This document shows positions 55,394 through 64,000 of a stretch of DNA of 64,000 nt, piece by piece. Within the stretch, counting starts at the first letter, position 1. Each line of letters opens with the position of its first letter. A program made the position numbers and the translations under genes. Under the pieces are notes generated by a model. The model had not been told where the DNA came from, did not search any database, and worked only from the letters and a program-made list of their open reading frames with translations. Origin of the DNA: a virus (lineage: Duplodnaviria > Caudoviricetes); IMG/VR virus record IMGVR_UViG_3300033074_000614, positions 1 to 64,000 of that record; one strand, 5' to 3'.

Positions 55394-55899
55394 TGGCCGA
55401 CCCGTTCACGCAAACCGAACTCGGTCTTTGGATCGAACTTGAGGCGTACACGCCTTTCACTTCGCTGGTCCGCACCGGTAACCGGATCAAGTTTTGTGTT
55501 GAGGCCAAGCCCGATCCTGAGAAGGACCAGATTGCCGACAACGACATGCCGGAAGTGTCGATCCAGCCAACGACAAGTTCGTGGGAGGCGCGCGGCTCGA
55601 ATTGCACGATCTGGCAACAGACGTATGCGATCACGATTCGCACCGGCGATAAGCGCACGTCCCGAAATTACAACCCGCTCAAGTGGGCGATCCTCCGCGC
55701 GGTCGTCAAGACCTTCGCAAAGAACCTCGACACGCTCACCACAACTTGGGGTATGCCAACCGGGACCAAGCTCATGCGAGTTTGGCCGGGGACTTCCAAC
55801 GACGGCAAGGCATCGGGCGAGGGAATCCGCGAGGGTTGGGCGTGCCTCTGCCTCGTAAACGTCAGTTTCGCAATGGATGAATCGGTCGTAACGGCCTGA
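55393..55899 (+). CDS. Putative tail completion/terminator protein (module B)
   Basis: Paralog of 18892. Confidence 0.6.
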   Translation: MADPFTQTELGLWIELEAYTPFTSLVRTGNRIKFCVEAKPDPEKDQIADNDMPEVSIQPTTSSWEARGSNCTIWQQTYAITIRTGDKRTSRNYNPLKWAILRAVVKTFAKNLDTLTTTWGMPTGTKLMRVWPGTSNDGKASGEGIREGWACLCLVNVSFAMDESVVTA

Positions 55900-55909
55900 A
55901 GGGTTTTAT

Positions 55910-56767
55910 ATGGCAGTTCACAGCGGCAAACTCGGAGCGATCAGCTACAACGGCTCAGCCGTTTCAACTATCGGCGAATGGAACTGGGCCGAGGAAAGCG
56001 CGAACACCGAGGCCACGGCCTCGAACACCGTCGGCGCGCCCATTCAGATTGCGGGCATGAAGGACTCGAAGGGGTCGTTTGCCGCCTTCGGCAAGAACCC
56101 GCCTTTGTTCCCCGGCGTGGCAAGTGCGACACTCATAGGTGACACCGGCTTCGGCAAGATCAGCGGGTCGGCGTTCATCACCGCCGCAAAACTCTCGATC
56201 GACCTCGAATCGTTCAAGCCCCTCGAATGGTCGGTTGAGTTTGAGGGCAGCGGCGCGATTACCCCGCTAAGCACCAGCAGCGTTACCGACTCAAGCACGC
56301 CCGCGATGTTCTCGCCGCAGGGCGGGAAGATTCGCTGGCAGCCGATTGTGTCCGGCACGCTCGGCACGATGGCGGACCTGCCCACACCCCGCAACATCGA
56401 ACTTGGCTATTCGATCCCGTTGGATGGCTACACGCACACCGATGGATGGCGGCGCAAGCTCTACGCCACCCCGCTCAAGTTGAGTATCACGACCAATCTG
56501 TACGACGACGCATTCGCCGCGATCGACGCGGCTGGCACCCAGTATCAGGTTGGCACCACCGGCATCCTGCACGCTTACATCAACGCGAGCGAGTATTACA
56601 CGATCAAGTACGCAACGGTTCGCAGCGTCGGCACAACGGTTGACGCGAAGACCGGCAAACTCACGGTTCAATCAATCACTTGGGACTGGTCAGCGTGGGG
56701 CCTGCTCACGGCTGGCTACGACCGTGGCACGCTTATCTCGCCAGACGCGACGGTGCTTTGGAGTTAA
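55910..56767 (+). CDS. Putative major tail tube protein (module B)
   Basis: 285 aa; MAVHSGKLGAI; shared GKNPPL, FEGSGA, WQPIVSGTLGT. Confidence 0.7.
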   Translation: MAVHSGKLGAISYNGSAVSTIGEWNWAEESANTEATASNTVGAPIQIAGMKDSKGSFAAFGKNPPLFPGVASATLIGDTGFGKISGSAFITAAKLSIDLESFKPLEWSVEFEGSGAITPLSTSSVTDSSTPAMFSPQGGKIRWQPIVSGTLGTMADLPTPRNIELGYSIPLDGYTHTDGWRRKLYATPLKLSITTNLYDDAFAAIDAAGTQYQVGTTGILHAYINASEYYTIKYATVRSVGTTVDAKTGKLTVQSITWDWSAWGLLTAGYDRGTLISPDATVLWS

Positions 56768-56778
56768 GTATGAAGCTA

Positions 56779-57108
56779 TCAACTAAACATCTTGTGGATA
56801 ACGCCTGTGAAAAGCAGGACCAGAACCGCAATCACGATCGGTATCAGAGACGCCAACAGGATTCCAAAGGCGATCGTCCAGATTGTCGGTATTCGCTTCT
56901 CGATTCGATCAAGTCTGTCTTCGATGGTTACCGCCGCAACCGGCAAATGTTCGCTTTCGGGCGCGACACAAAGGTCCTCCGAACCAACCACCAAGTGCCC
57001 CTCGTTAATCGTGCGGATTTTGGCGTTCTCGTAGTTCTTTGCCTCAACCAATTGGGTGTATTTCTTTCCAGTCTTCCGGTCCGCACACTCAATTTCATGC
57101 GTTGGCAT
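56779..57108 (-). CDS. C-terminal-TM membrane protein (antisense moron, module B)
   Basis: AGGAG RBS; IWTIAFGILLASLIPIVIAVLVLLFTG. Confidence 0.7.
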   Translation of the reverse strand: MPTHEIECADRKTGKKYTQLVEAKNYENAKIRTINEGHLVVGSEDLCVAPESEHLPVAAVTIEDRLDRIEKRIPTIWTIAFGILLASLIPIVIAVLVLLFTGVIHKMFS

Positions 57109-57233
57109 CTCGTAACTCCTTTAGGTTCATCTGGATTCTGCCAGATATTCCGCGAACGTCCAAGGCGTAATTGGGAAATTCCTCTCAAAAACACACACAC
57201 TAGCGCGAATTTCGCGCTTATCGGAGCATAAAA

Positions 57234-58271
57234 GTGGCCGATGGCGATGCCAAAATCACGATTTCGGGGGACGCGACAAGCCTTAAGTCGGCCTCAAATG
57301 AAGCGAATGCAGCCCTAAACAAGGTCGCCAGCACTGCGAAAAGTGCCGGTGCGGCCGGTGAGAAGATGGCTGGATGGGGGGAGATCGCCAAGAAGGCAGC
57401 GGGCGCAGTCGGACTTGGTGGTTTAGCCGAAGCCGCCGAAAAAGCAGTGTTTGCTTTCAAAGGTCTCGCCTCCGCGACGGGGCCGGTTGGTGTAGCGATA
57501 CTCGCACTTGTAACCGCTCTGGGATATTTGTACACAAAACTTCGGGCGGCGTCTGAAGAGACAAAGAAATTAGAAGAAACCAGCGATGCCGCGGCTAAAA
57601 AGGTTGACAATCTTAAGAAGGCCCTGCTCGGTCTGGAATTGACCGGAACGGCGAAAGCCATCGAGGAACTGCGCGAAGCCGAAAAGGCCAACCTTGATTC
57701 TCTTATTGCGAAGTTGCAGCAATACGGATGGACTACTGAGGCTATTGAAAAGGTGAGGCTTGTCAGACTTAAGGAAAGCGCCGACACCCTTGAACAGATT
57801 TTTGCAAGACAGAAAAAGATTGCAGAGGAACAAAAAAAAGAATCGGAGTCGGCCGGGCGATTCGACCTGATTAAGAAAATAGAAATCATGAAGGCCCAGC
57901 TTCGCGGTGACGAAGCAAAGGCGCGGGCCGAAGACGAATTTAAGCTCTTAGAAATTCAAAGACAAATTCTCAATTCTCTCTCGGAAGACAGGAAGAAGCT
58001 GCTCCGCGAAGAATATGAACTCCAACGAAAACTTAATGCGGAAGCGGCCGAGGATCGCCAAAAGGAACGCGAGAAAGAAGCCGCAGAAAATAAAAAGGAA
58101 TTAGACGCGGCGACCGCCAAAGAACTCGAAGCCCGCAAGAAAGCCGCGCGTGAACTTGTCGAGTACGAGGCCAAACTCCGCGAGGACATGCTCGGCAGCT
58201 TGCACGGCGACTTAGGCGGCATCGAGTATTCAGGGCGCGGTTCGGTCACAAACTGGGGGTCTGAACGCTAA
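57234..58271 (+). CDS. Short tape-measure-like coiled-coil protein (module B)
   Basis: MADGDAKITISGD, Ala/Gly hydrophobic helices, K/E-rich body. Confidence 0.6.
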   Translation: MADGDAKITISGDATSLKSASNEANAALNKVASTAKSAGAAGEKMAGWGEIAKKAAGAVGLGGLAEAAEKAVFAFKGLASATGPVGVAILALVTALGYLYTKLRAASEETKKLEETSDAAAKKVDNLKKALLGLELTGTAKAIEELREAEKANLDSLIAKLQQYGWTTEAIEKVRLVRLKESADTLEQIFARQKKIAEEQKKESESAGRFDLIKKIEIMKAQLRGDEAKARAEDEFKLLEIQRQILNSLSEDRKKLLREEYELQRKLNAEAAEDRQKEREKEAAENKKELDAATAKELEARKKAARELVEYEAKLREDMLGSLHGDLGGIEYSGRGSVTNWGSER

Positions 58272-59131
58272 TGGCGGGACCGACTGTCATCATGGATGCC
58301 TTGACGCCCGCTCCGATTCTGGACAATGCGGGCGCGGCTCTCACGCCGATTGATTGGATTGTCGAGGGCGTTCCCGCTGGCGACGACCCGATGAAGGTAC
58401 CGGGCGTGCCCATGCGTGGCAGTCCGATCACGATGTTTGGAACGGTGTTCACCTGTGACCGGCTCGACACGCCGACGCGCATTCGCGCGGATGCCTACCG
58501 CATTCGCAGCTATTTCTCGACCGATGGCCGGTGGGAAGTTCTCACGCCACCCCGTCGCGGCGAGGACGTTCGCAACTTTGAACTGGGCTATCGCAAGGTA
58601 AAGATCGAAGCACCTTCGTTTATCAAGACGACCGAGACTCGCACAGAACCGGGCGGGGAAGTCACGCACAAGGTATGGAAGCGGCAGGACATCCCGCGCA
58701 CGCTCGAATGGCGCACGCTCTCAATCGACGTGACAATTGAAGTCGCAAACGATCAACAGATTTTGGCGGCGATTACGGCCACCGAATTACAGGAAGGCCA
58801 CATCCATCGCTTTCCGTACAACCCAAACAAGTTGTGGCTCATGCTCACCTGTGGCATCAAGCGGCGCGGCGACAAGATGGATATTCGGTATACGTGGGAG
58901 TCAGATCCCGGCAACGGGCCAATGGAAATTCCAGACCTGACCGGCGTTCTGTTCACCGACAAGATACAGCCGCCCGCGCGCTCTCCGTTTCACGTCTACA
59001 CGGTCATGCCGCCCGAAGCTGGCGACGCTGACAAGAAGCCGCGAATCTGGACCGCGAACCTGTTCCCTCAAACCAACAACCCGTTCTACACGCCAAACGG
59101 CTACGTCGGGCTACCGGGGAACCCAATCTAA
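58271..59131 (+). CDS. Tail-region protein (module B)
   Basis: Paralog of 21405. Confidence 0.75.
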   Translation: MAGPTVIMDALTPAPILDNAGAALTPIDWIVEGVPAGDDPMKVPGVPMRGSPITMFGTVFTCDRLDTPTRIRADAYRIRSYFSTDGRWEVLTPPRRGEDVRNFELGYRKVKIEAPSFIKTTETRTEPGGEVTHKVWKRQDIPRTLEWRTLSIDVTIEVANDQQILAAITATELQEGHIHRFPYNPNKLWLMLTCGIKRRGDKMDIRYTWESDPGNGPMEIPDLTGVLFTDKIQPPARSPFHVYTVMPPEAGDADKKPRIWTANLFPQTNNPFYTPNGYVGLPGNPI

Positions 59132-59445
59132 TGTCGAAGCAAGCCGACGAACTTGTGGTGAAGCAACCAGCCGACGCCGTGAAAGAGGCGCACGTTGTAA
59201 GCGTGCAGAACTCGCCGGGGCCGCTCACTGGTCTGCGGTGGAGTGTTCGCCTGACCTATTGGAGCGGGCACCAGCAAGTAGAAACCAACGTCAAAAACAG
59301 CCGCGTCTTTCCACCTGAATACTCCGACCTCGACATGCACGGCGACGGGCCGGGCGGACACGTTGCGATCGGCTACGCGGGCGATTCGCTTGTGTATTTC
59401 ATCCAGTGCTACCCGGTGTTAACCGACTGCGAGGGCCAACCTTGA
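59131..59445 (+). CDS. Tail-region protein (module B)
   Basis: Paralog of 22274. Confidence 0.7.
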   Translation: MSKQADELVVKQPADAVKEAHVVSVQNSPGPLTGLRWSVRLTYWSGHQQVETNVKNSRVFPPEYSDLDMHGDGPGGHVAIGYAGDSLVYFIQCYPVLTDCEGQP

Positions 59446-59753
59446 ACCTCCAAACCCAATACATCCTCTCGACAACTGCAGGCTTGTACGTCAAGTGGCG
59501 TGCGCCGAAGTCTGGCATGTGCCGGATACAGGTCCGCTCGCCGCACACCTGGCCTTCTCTGCTCGTGCTGGACGTGAAAACAAGTGTTGTCGGAATGGGA
59601 CCGGCATATCCCGCAGGTTTCACCTCGCTGCAATTCTCGGCAGCCGGAATCTGCAATCCGTTTTACGTCCACGAGGGCATGGAAATTTGGGTCTTAGTCA
59701 ACACATTGAGCGGGACATCCGCAGACATTGAAACAACTCCGTCGATCGAATAA
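59442..59753 (+). CDS. Tail-region protein (module B)
   Basis: TTGA coupling; paralog of 22588. Confidence 0.7.
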   Translation: MNLQTQYILSTTAGLYVKWRAPKSGMCRIQVRSPHTWPSLLVLDVKTSVVGMGPAYPAGFTSLQFSAAGICNPFYVHEGMEIWVLVNTLSGTSADIETTPSIE

Positions 59754-59765
59754 GGAATCTGTGTC

Positions 59766-60986
59766 ATGGCAAATAAATTCTACATCGGGGCGAATCCGGC
59801 CAACTTCTTAGACACCGTGAACTGGTCGCTCACTCACGGCGGCGCGGGCGGGCAAACACTCTCCAATGGAGACACCGCGTACGTCGATTACAGCGCGTCC
59901 AACATCGACGGCTATGACGCCTCGGCTGTCACGCTCGCGGCGTTGTATATCACCAAGGGCTACGGGCGTCCAGTCGGCAGCGCGAACCCAGTCTTCGGAC
60001 TTCGCATCGGCGGAACCAGCGGCAGCGGCAGTACGCCACTCAAGATCAACGCCACAAACGTCTACATCGAAACCGACTGTATCGACACGATCATCCTGTA
60101 CGGCACGTTCACCAACGTCTACGCGCGGCTGCTCGCTCCCGGCAGCAACCTTTATCTTCAGGGCGGCGGACCGACCAACATCGAGGCTGGCACCAACGGC
60201 ACGATCACGGTTGAGAACGATGTTCCGGTATCTCGCATCGAAACGCTTGGTGCGGCGATCAAACTTGGAACATACGCAACCCTTCCACCCGTGCTTGAAG
60301 TCAACTGCTCAAAGGGCGCAAAGATCGAATCCAATCGCCGCGTTACTCACGGCGAGGTCAATGGACACCTCTGGATGCGCGAAGGCGGGGCACTCGCAAG
60401 CGTCAATCAGGTCGAAAAGATCGGCTTTGACGCGGCGTCAACGGGTGGCAACCTTCGCCTGACGATCCAGAAGCCTGACGGGACGTTTGCGACTACCGCA
60501 AACATCGCGTGGAACGCCACCGACGCAACGTATTTGGCGGCGATTAACTCCGCGTTGGACACATCCAGCGGCGTTGTCGGCGGGATCGTGGCGACTGCCA
60601 CGGCTGGCGTCGATCCTGATTTGGGATTTACCCTCACGTATTCGGGAACGGGCTACGCGGGCTTGTCTTGGTCCAAGGCGGCGGTTCACACCTACCCGAC
60701 GACTTCGACGCTGGCGACTTACACGCCTGTCCGTGTGGCGGGTTCTCGGATCGTTATTCCAAGCGGCGGCGTTCTCCAGTACGACGGGTACAGCGACATT
60801 GGCGCAACTTCCGCTGACATCATCCGCACTATGAGCGGCGGATTGTTCGATGCCTCTCGCGTCATTACAGCCGTGGCGTTGAAATCCCAGATTATCTCGA
60901 TGGGTGCTTACCGCCTATCAGGAAGCATTACGCAGACCACTACTCCGCGACAGCCAAGCGATGTTATGGGCGGCGTTGGTGCCTGA
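59766..60986 (+). CDS. Beta-rich tail protein with inserted decoration-protein domain (module B)
   Basis: Paralog of 22910 plus an approximately 110-aa insert matching the decoration proteins. Confidence 0.75.
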   Translation: MANKFYIGANPANFLDTVNWSLTHGGAGGQTLSNGDTAYVDYSASNIDGYDASAVTLAALYITKGYGRPVGSANPVFGLRIGGTSGSGSTPLKINATNVYIETDCIDTIILYGTFTNVYARLLAPGSNLYLQGGGPTNIEAGTNGTITVENDVPVSRIETLGAAIKLGTYATLPPVLEVNCSKGAKIESNRRVTHGEVNGHLWMREGGALASVNQVEKIGFDAASTGGNLRLTIQKPDGTFATTANIAWNATDATYLAAINSALDTSSGVVGGIVATATAGVDPDLGFTLTYSGTGYAGLSWSKAAVHTYPTTSTLATYTPVRVAGSRIVIPSGGVLQYDGYSDIGATSADIIRTMSGGLFDASRVITAVALKSQIISMGAYRLSGSITQTTTPRQPSDVMGGVGA

Positions 60987-62170
60987 TGTCACTTCTCCGC
61001 AAAGGTCGGGCACTGGTCAAGGTCGGGCGTGCGCTCGCCAAGGCCACCGCCGCGTGTATCGCGCGGTGTTGCGGCGCGTCCACCCTCTACTACACACTCA
61101 ACCTCTGCCACACGGCAAACGCACCCCCCGAAGTCCCGCGCCGAATTGCAGTCCCCTTGCCGTTCACCTGCGGCGGATGTCCCCTGTCATCGCGTCGAAT
61201 CGTCATCTATCGCGGGTACTGCTACGAGGCCGCGCCCAACTTTGACGGCGCGTGTACCCCATTGCCATGCGCGGGCGGCGACTGCGAATCGCCCCCAGTG
61301 CCCCGTAGTGCCGTTGGGAACGATCCGATTGTGAACCCCGGCGAGTTGCAGTGCAAGCCGCTGGACGCCACCTGCTCGACCGTGCCTTGCGTACCAGAGG
61401 AACCGGGGTGCTGCTCAGAGTCCGACCGGCGAGACTGCCCCGATGGCTCGTTCGTGGTCTGCAACCGGCCTAAGCGGTTCCGCGTGGTGCGCTTTGGCGA
61501 ACACACCCTCAAGTCTTGGTGTTCCGACAGTCCAGCCGATTGCCGAACATGGGCGATGGTCGAGGACGTCAAGATCAAATGGAACTTCTGGCACGAATAC
61601 CAGTGCGAGGAAACGGGCGGGGATCGCACGCAAGCGACTTGCCAAGCGGCGGGCGGGTCTATCAGCGTGTCCGGCGCGATCAACTGGATTCAGGGCAATG
61701 TTCCTTCCCCGCTCAATGGCGAGTGGCGCGCGACTTGCCAAGGGTTCGAGCGTGGCGGCGACGTTTCTAGTGCAAGTGTCCTGCTCTACGCAATGGGCCA
61801 AGTTCGACCCTGCGGCGGCGGGTATCTTGGCGATGAGTGTGTCACCGATGAGTTCGACAGTTGCGCGGATGGCAGGCGATTCCATCGGCGGACAGTTTCA
61901 GGGTGTGAGACGGGCGGCTCGCTCAGCGAGTCCAGCTATTCCGATTGCAATTACGCAATGTCGCGGCTGAAGTACCGCACGTTTGACTTTCCTACGCGAT
62001 GCACCGGCCAGCCTACCACCGTTCAAGACTTCGCGGACGATGAGCAGTACGTATTCGTGACCGCCTGCCCCGGCGATCCGCCGCAAGCACCCTTACCGGA
62101 TGAAGCGCGTGCGTTTATGCCGTTGCCGAAACGCACACCCCCCCCCCAATCGACGGGAGAAATGTTCTAG
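60986..62170 (+). CDS. Cys-rich putative receptor-binding/distal tail protein (module B)
   Basis: KVGRALAKATAACIARCC N-terminus; about 29 Cys by hand count. Confidence 0.55.
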   Translation: MSLLRKGRALVKVGRALAKATAACIARCCGASTLYYTLNLCHTANAPPEVPRRIAVPLPFTCGGCPLSSRRIVIYRGYCYEAAPNFDGACTPLPCAGGDCESPPVPRSAVGNDPIVNPGELQCKPLDATCSTVPCVPEEPGCCSESDRRDCPDGSFVVCNRPKRFRVVRFGEHTLKSWCSDSPADCRTWAMVEDVKIKWNFWHEYQCEETGGDRTQATCQAAGGSISVSGAINWIQGNVPSPLNGEWRATCQGFERGGDVSSASVLLYAMGQVRPCGGGYLGDECVTDEFDSCADGRRFHRRTVSGCETGGSLSESSYSDCNYAMSRLKYRTFDFPTRCTGQPTTVQDFADDEQYVFVTACPGDPPQAPLPDEARAFMPLPKRTPPPQSTGEMF

Positions 62171-62554
62171 ATGGCGTGTGGCTGCAACAAATCGACGGTA
62201 TCGCCTGACCTGTCAAAGGCCATTGCTTGCCATATGTGCATCTACGCCGAGCATGGGCCTAGTGCAATGAACGATGGCGCGGTGTCCTGCACAATTGACG
62301 GGAAGCCCGTATGCGGGCGCGTGGCGTGTCCCAAGGGAAAGTTTGGGGCCAACGGCCTGATTAAGTCGCTCGGCGTGTGGCACTACGGCGCGGCGTACTG
62401 GCAGCGTGTTATCGTGTGGGCGTTGAAGCGGACGCATCCAAAACCGGGAGCATTTCCGTTTTGCGGGTGCGTCAAGGTTCTGCGCGATTGGTGGGACTCA
62501 ACTAAAACCCAATCTGTGAACGCAACCACCGCCAATACCACGCCCCAACTGTAA
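62171..62554 (+). CDS. Small Cys-rich protein (module B)
   Basis: Paralog of 25076. Confidence 0.7.
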   Translation: MACGCNKSTVSPDLSKAIACHMCIYAEHGPSAMNDGAVSCTIDGKPVCGRVACPKGKFGANGLIKSLGVWHYGAAYWQRVIVWALKRTHPKPGAFPFCGCVKVLRDWWDSTKTQSVNATTANTTPQL

Positions 62555-62584
62555 TCTCAAAACTCACGTCCCCTTCAATAGCCC

Positions 62585-63418
62585 ATGAAATATGCACCCA
62601 CCTTGCGCGGCTTTGTCGTAGGCGTTGCCCTGTTCTGCATGGTGGGTGTGACGTGGGGCTGCTTTGGCAGGCCCGACATTGGCCGCATCCGCATCGACCC
62701 CGAAACCGGCAGCGAACTGGTCGAGAACTTCAAAGATAAGCCGTTCAGCGTTAAAGAGTTGGTCGATGCTGGAATGTCAGAGGATGCCGCTCGCAAGTTG
62801 CTTGGGCCTCCAAAACCCGGCTCGCCCGACTTCGTTGGTCCAATCGACCCGTCCACCGACCCCACCTTCAAAGAGGGCAAGGCGGCGGCAAAGCAGGACT
62901 TCAACCGCACGGTCTCTTGGGCAACCTCAATCGCCCTCTGGATTTTCATCCCCCTAGCGATCATCGTCGCGCTCGCCTCGTTCGTGGTGCCGTGGATTCC
63001 AACCAAAGCGGCGATCTATTGCGCGGCGTCAGCGTGTGCCGTGGTGGGCATCCGCTATGCACTCTTGACGTTTGGCACCATTGCGGTCGATTGGGCGGTG
63101 TATATCAGCGCGGCTTCTGCGATCGTCGTGGTGCTTGTGGTTGGCCTGCCGATGGCGATTGCTTGGGTGAAGCGGAATACGTGGAAGCGTGCTGTCACTC
63201 TCGCGGCGGAAGGCGAACACATCGACGGCGCGGTTGCGCTCGCGGCATCGGTGGACCCTGTCATTGACAAGCAAAGGTCGGACGTAAAGGTCTGGCTCGA
63301 CACGGTTCACAATGAACCACCCGCCGATCTTCCCCTGAACGACAAACTGTGGGACAAGTGGCGAGAGGCCCGCATGCAGCTTGTGAAGCTCGGCGTGCTG
63401 AAACCGGGGGATAAATGA
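62585..63418 (+). CDS. Putative lipoprotein with 3 TM helices; paralog of 1289..2032
   Basis: RGFVVGVALF...TWG-C, RIxPETG, FVGPxDP, KxDFN, KLGVLK shared. Confidence 0.7.
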   Translation: MKYAPTLRGFVVGVALFCMVGVTWGCFGRPDIGRIRIDPETGSELVENFKDKPFSVKELVDAGMSEDAARKLLGPPKPGSPDFVGPIDPSTDPTFKEGKAAAKQDFNRTVSWATSIALWIFIPLAIIVALASFVVPWIPTKAAIYCAASACAVVGIRYALLTFGTIAVDWAVYISAASAIVVVLVVGLPMAIAWVKRNTWKRAVTLAAEGEHIDGAVALAASVDPVIDKQRSDVKVWLDTVHNEPPADLPLNDKLWDKWREARMQLVKLGVLKPGDK

Positions 63419-64000
63419 GCACTTGGTCAGTCACACAAGGCGATTGCCTCGAACTGCTGAAGTCGCTCCCTAGTGGCAGCGTGGATGCGGTGGTTACTGA
63501 TCCGCCGTATGGGATTGGTTACGTGGCGTCTCGGTATCGTGGGGCCAAGTTCAGCGGCGTTATTCATGGCGACGACAGCCCATTCGATCCTTCGGCTCTG
63601 TTAAGCATCGGCGTTCCGACAATCATGTGGGGTGGGAACAACTTTGCAAACTCGCTTCCTCGCGGTGGGTGGCTCTGTTGGGATAAACGGTGCTGCGAGG
63701 AAGCGGATCGGATTCACGGAAGTCCATTTGAATTAGCGTGGGTTTCAGACTGCGCCAAGTTCAAGATGAAACGTCTACAGCATTGCGGCGCGGTAAGCGC
63801 AGACAGAACCGCTCGCGTACACCCAACCCAAAAACCCATTGAACTTATGCGGTGGTGTTTGGATTTGCTTGGCATACCAGAAGGCGCAACCGTTCTCGAT
63901 CCGTATTGCGGCTCAGGCACCACCGGAGTCGCGTGCGTTCAAACAGGCCGCAACTTCATCGGCTACGAAATCGACCCGAAGTACTGCGAGATTGCACGGC
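63415..64000 (+). CDS. DNA methyltransferase (3'-truncated by window end); paralog of 616..1296
   Basis: Not in the ORF track. Manual translation MSTWSVTQGDCLELLKSLPSGSVDAVVTDPPYG...HPTQKPIELM...DPYCGSGTTG...YCEIAR. Confidence 0.92.
   Translation, partial: MSTWSVTQGDCLELLKSLPSGSVDAVVTDPPYGIGYVASRYRGAKFSGVIHGDDSPFDPSALLSIGVPTIMWGGNNFANSLPRGGWLCWDKRCCEEADRIHGSPFELAWVSDCAKFKMKRLQHCGAVSADRTARVHPTQKPIELMRWCLDLLGIPEGATVLDPYCGSGTTGVACVQTGRNFIGYEIDPKYCEIAR

Noticed and set aside
56793-56801. Second perfect DnaA box (TGTGGATAA)
   Set aside because: Lies in codons (VIHK) of a moron gene, not near a promoter; one chance hit in 64 kb is plausible.
9306-61885. Many long antisense or alternate-frame ORFs in the track (e.g. 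12042..12866, 36266..37153, 48292..49746, 57218..57889)
   Set aside because: They shadow well-supported genes on the opposite strand, as expected in GC-rich coding DNA, and lack RBS or protein-like composition.
23779-62554. Diversity-generating retroelement acting on the Cys-rich distal proteins
   Set aside because: No RT gene and no template/variable repeat pair with adenine-specific mismatches seen; the A/B copies differ at all bases.
1-64000. CRISPR array, rRNA, integrase, transposase, reverse transcriptase
   Set aside because: No regularly spaced repeats and no recognisable motifs for any of these.
616-64000. Terminal direct repeat or simple circular overlap suggested by matching methyltransferase starts at both window ends
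   Set aside because: Identity covers only the two ends of the gene; the middles and flanking gene order differ, so these are paralogs rather than the same locus.

Overview
The whole window is tailed dsDNA phage or prophage sequence. No host genes, integrase, CRISPR array or rRNA are recognisable. Its main feature is two complete, intact, co-oriented and syntenic but diverged virion-morphogenesis modules. Module A spans about 7.0-25.4 kb, is preceded by a methyltransferase/lysis/fibre-like block at 0.6-7.0 kb, and module B spans 42.2-64 kb. Each has its own terminase, DUF935-like portal, MuF, protease/scaffold, decoration protein, major capsid, connector, tail and Cys-rich putative receptor-binding genes; I matched about 22 paralogous gene pairs by eye. 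Between them lies a single early/replication region (25.4-42.2 kb) with divergent sigma70 promoters, a Sak4-like AAA ATPase, SSB, a RusA-like resolvase, CsrA, a DUF1376-type initiator with iterons, a DnaC-like loader and many small ORFs. The two modules have non-homologous small terminases, closely related head proteins, and strongly diverged tail, receptor-binding and beta-helix proteins. Each module carries its own DnaA-domain-IV-like HTH gene near its start. The best reading is one replicon able to build two particle types, but a tandem/co-integrate prophage or an assembly chimera of two phages sharing an early region cannot be excluded without reads. Other notable items: a structured intergenic RNA ending in a tRNA-like fold with an expanded anticodon domain, a head-decoration domain inserted into a module-B tail protein, duplicated lipoprotein-plus-3TM lysis candidates, and two methyltransferases with near-identical ends but different middles. 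All family assignments come from motif recognition, and all identity values are by-eye estimates, not database results.
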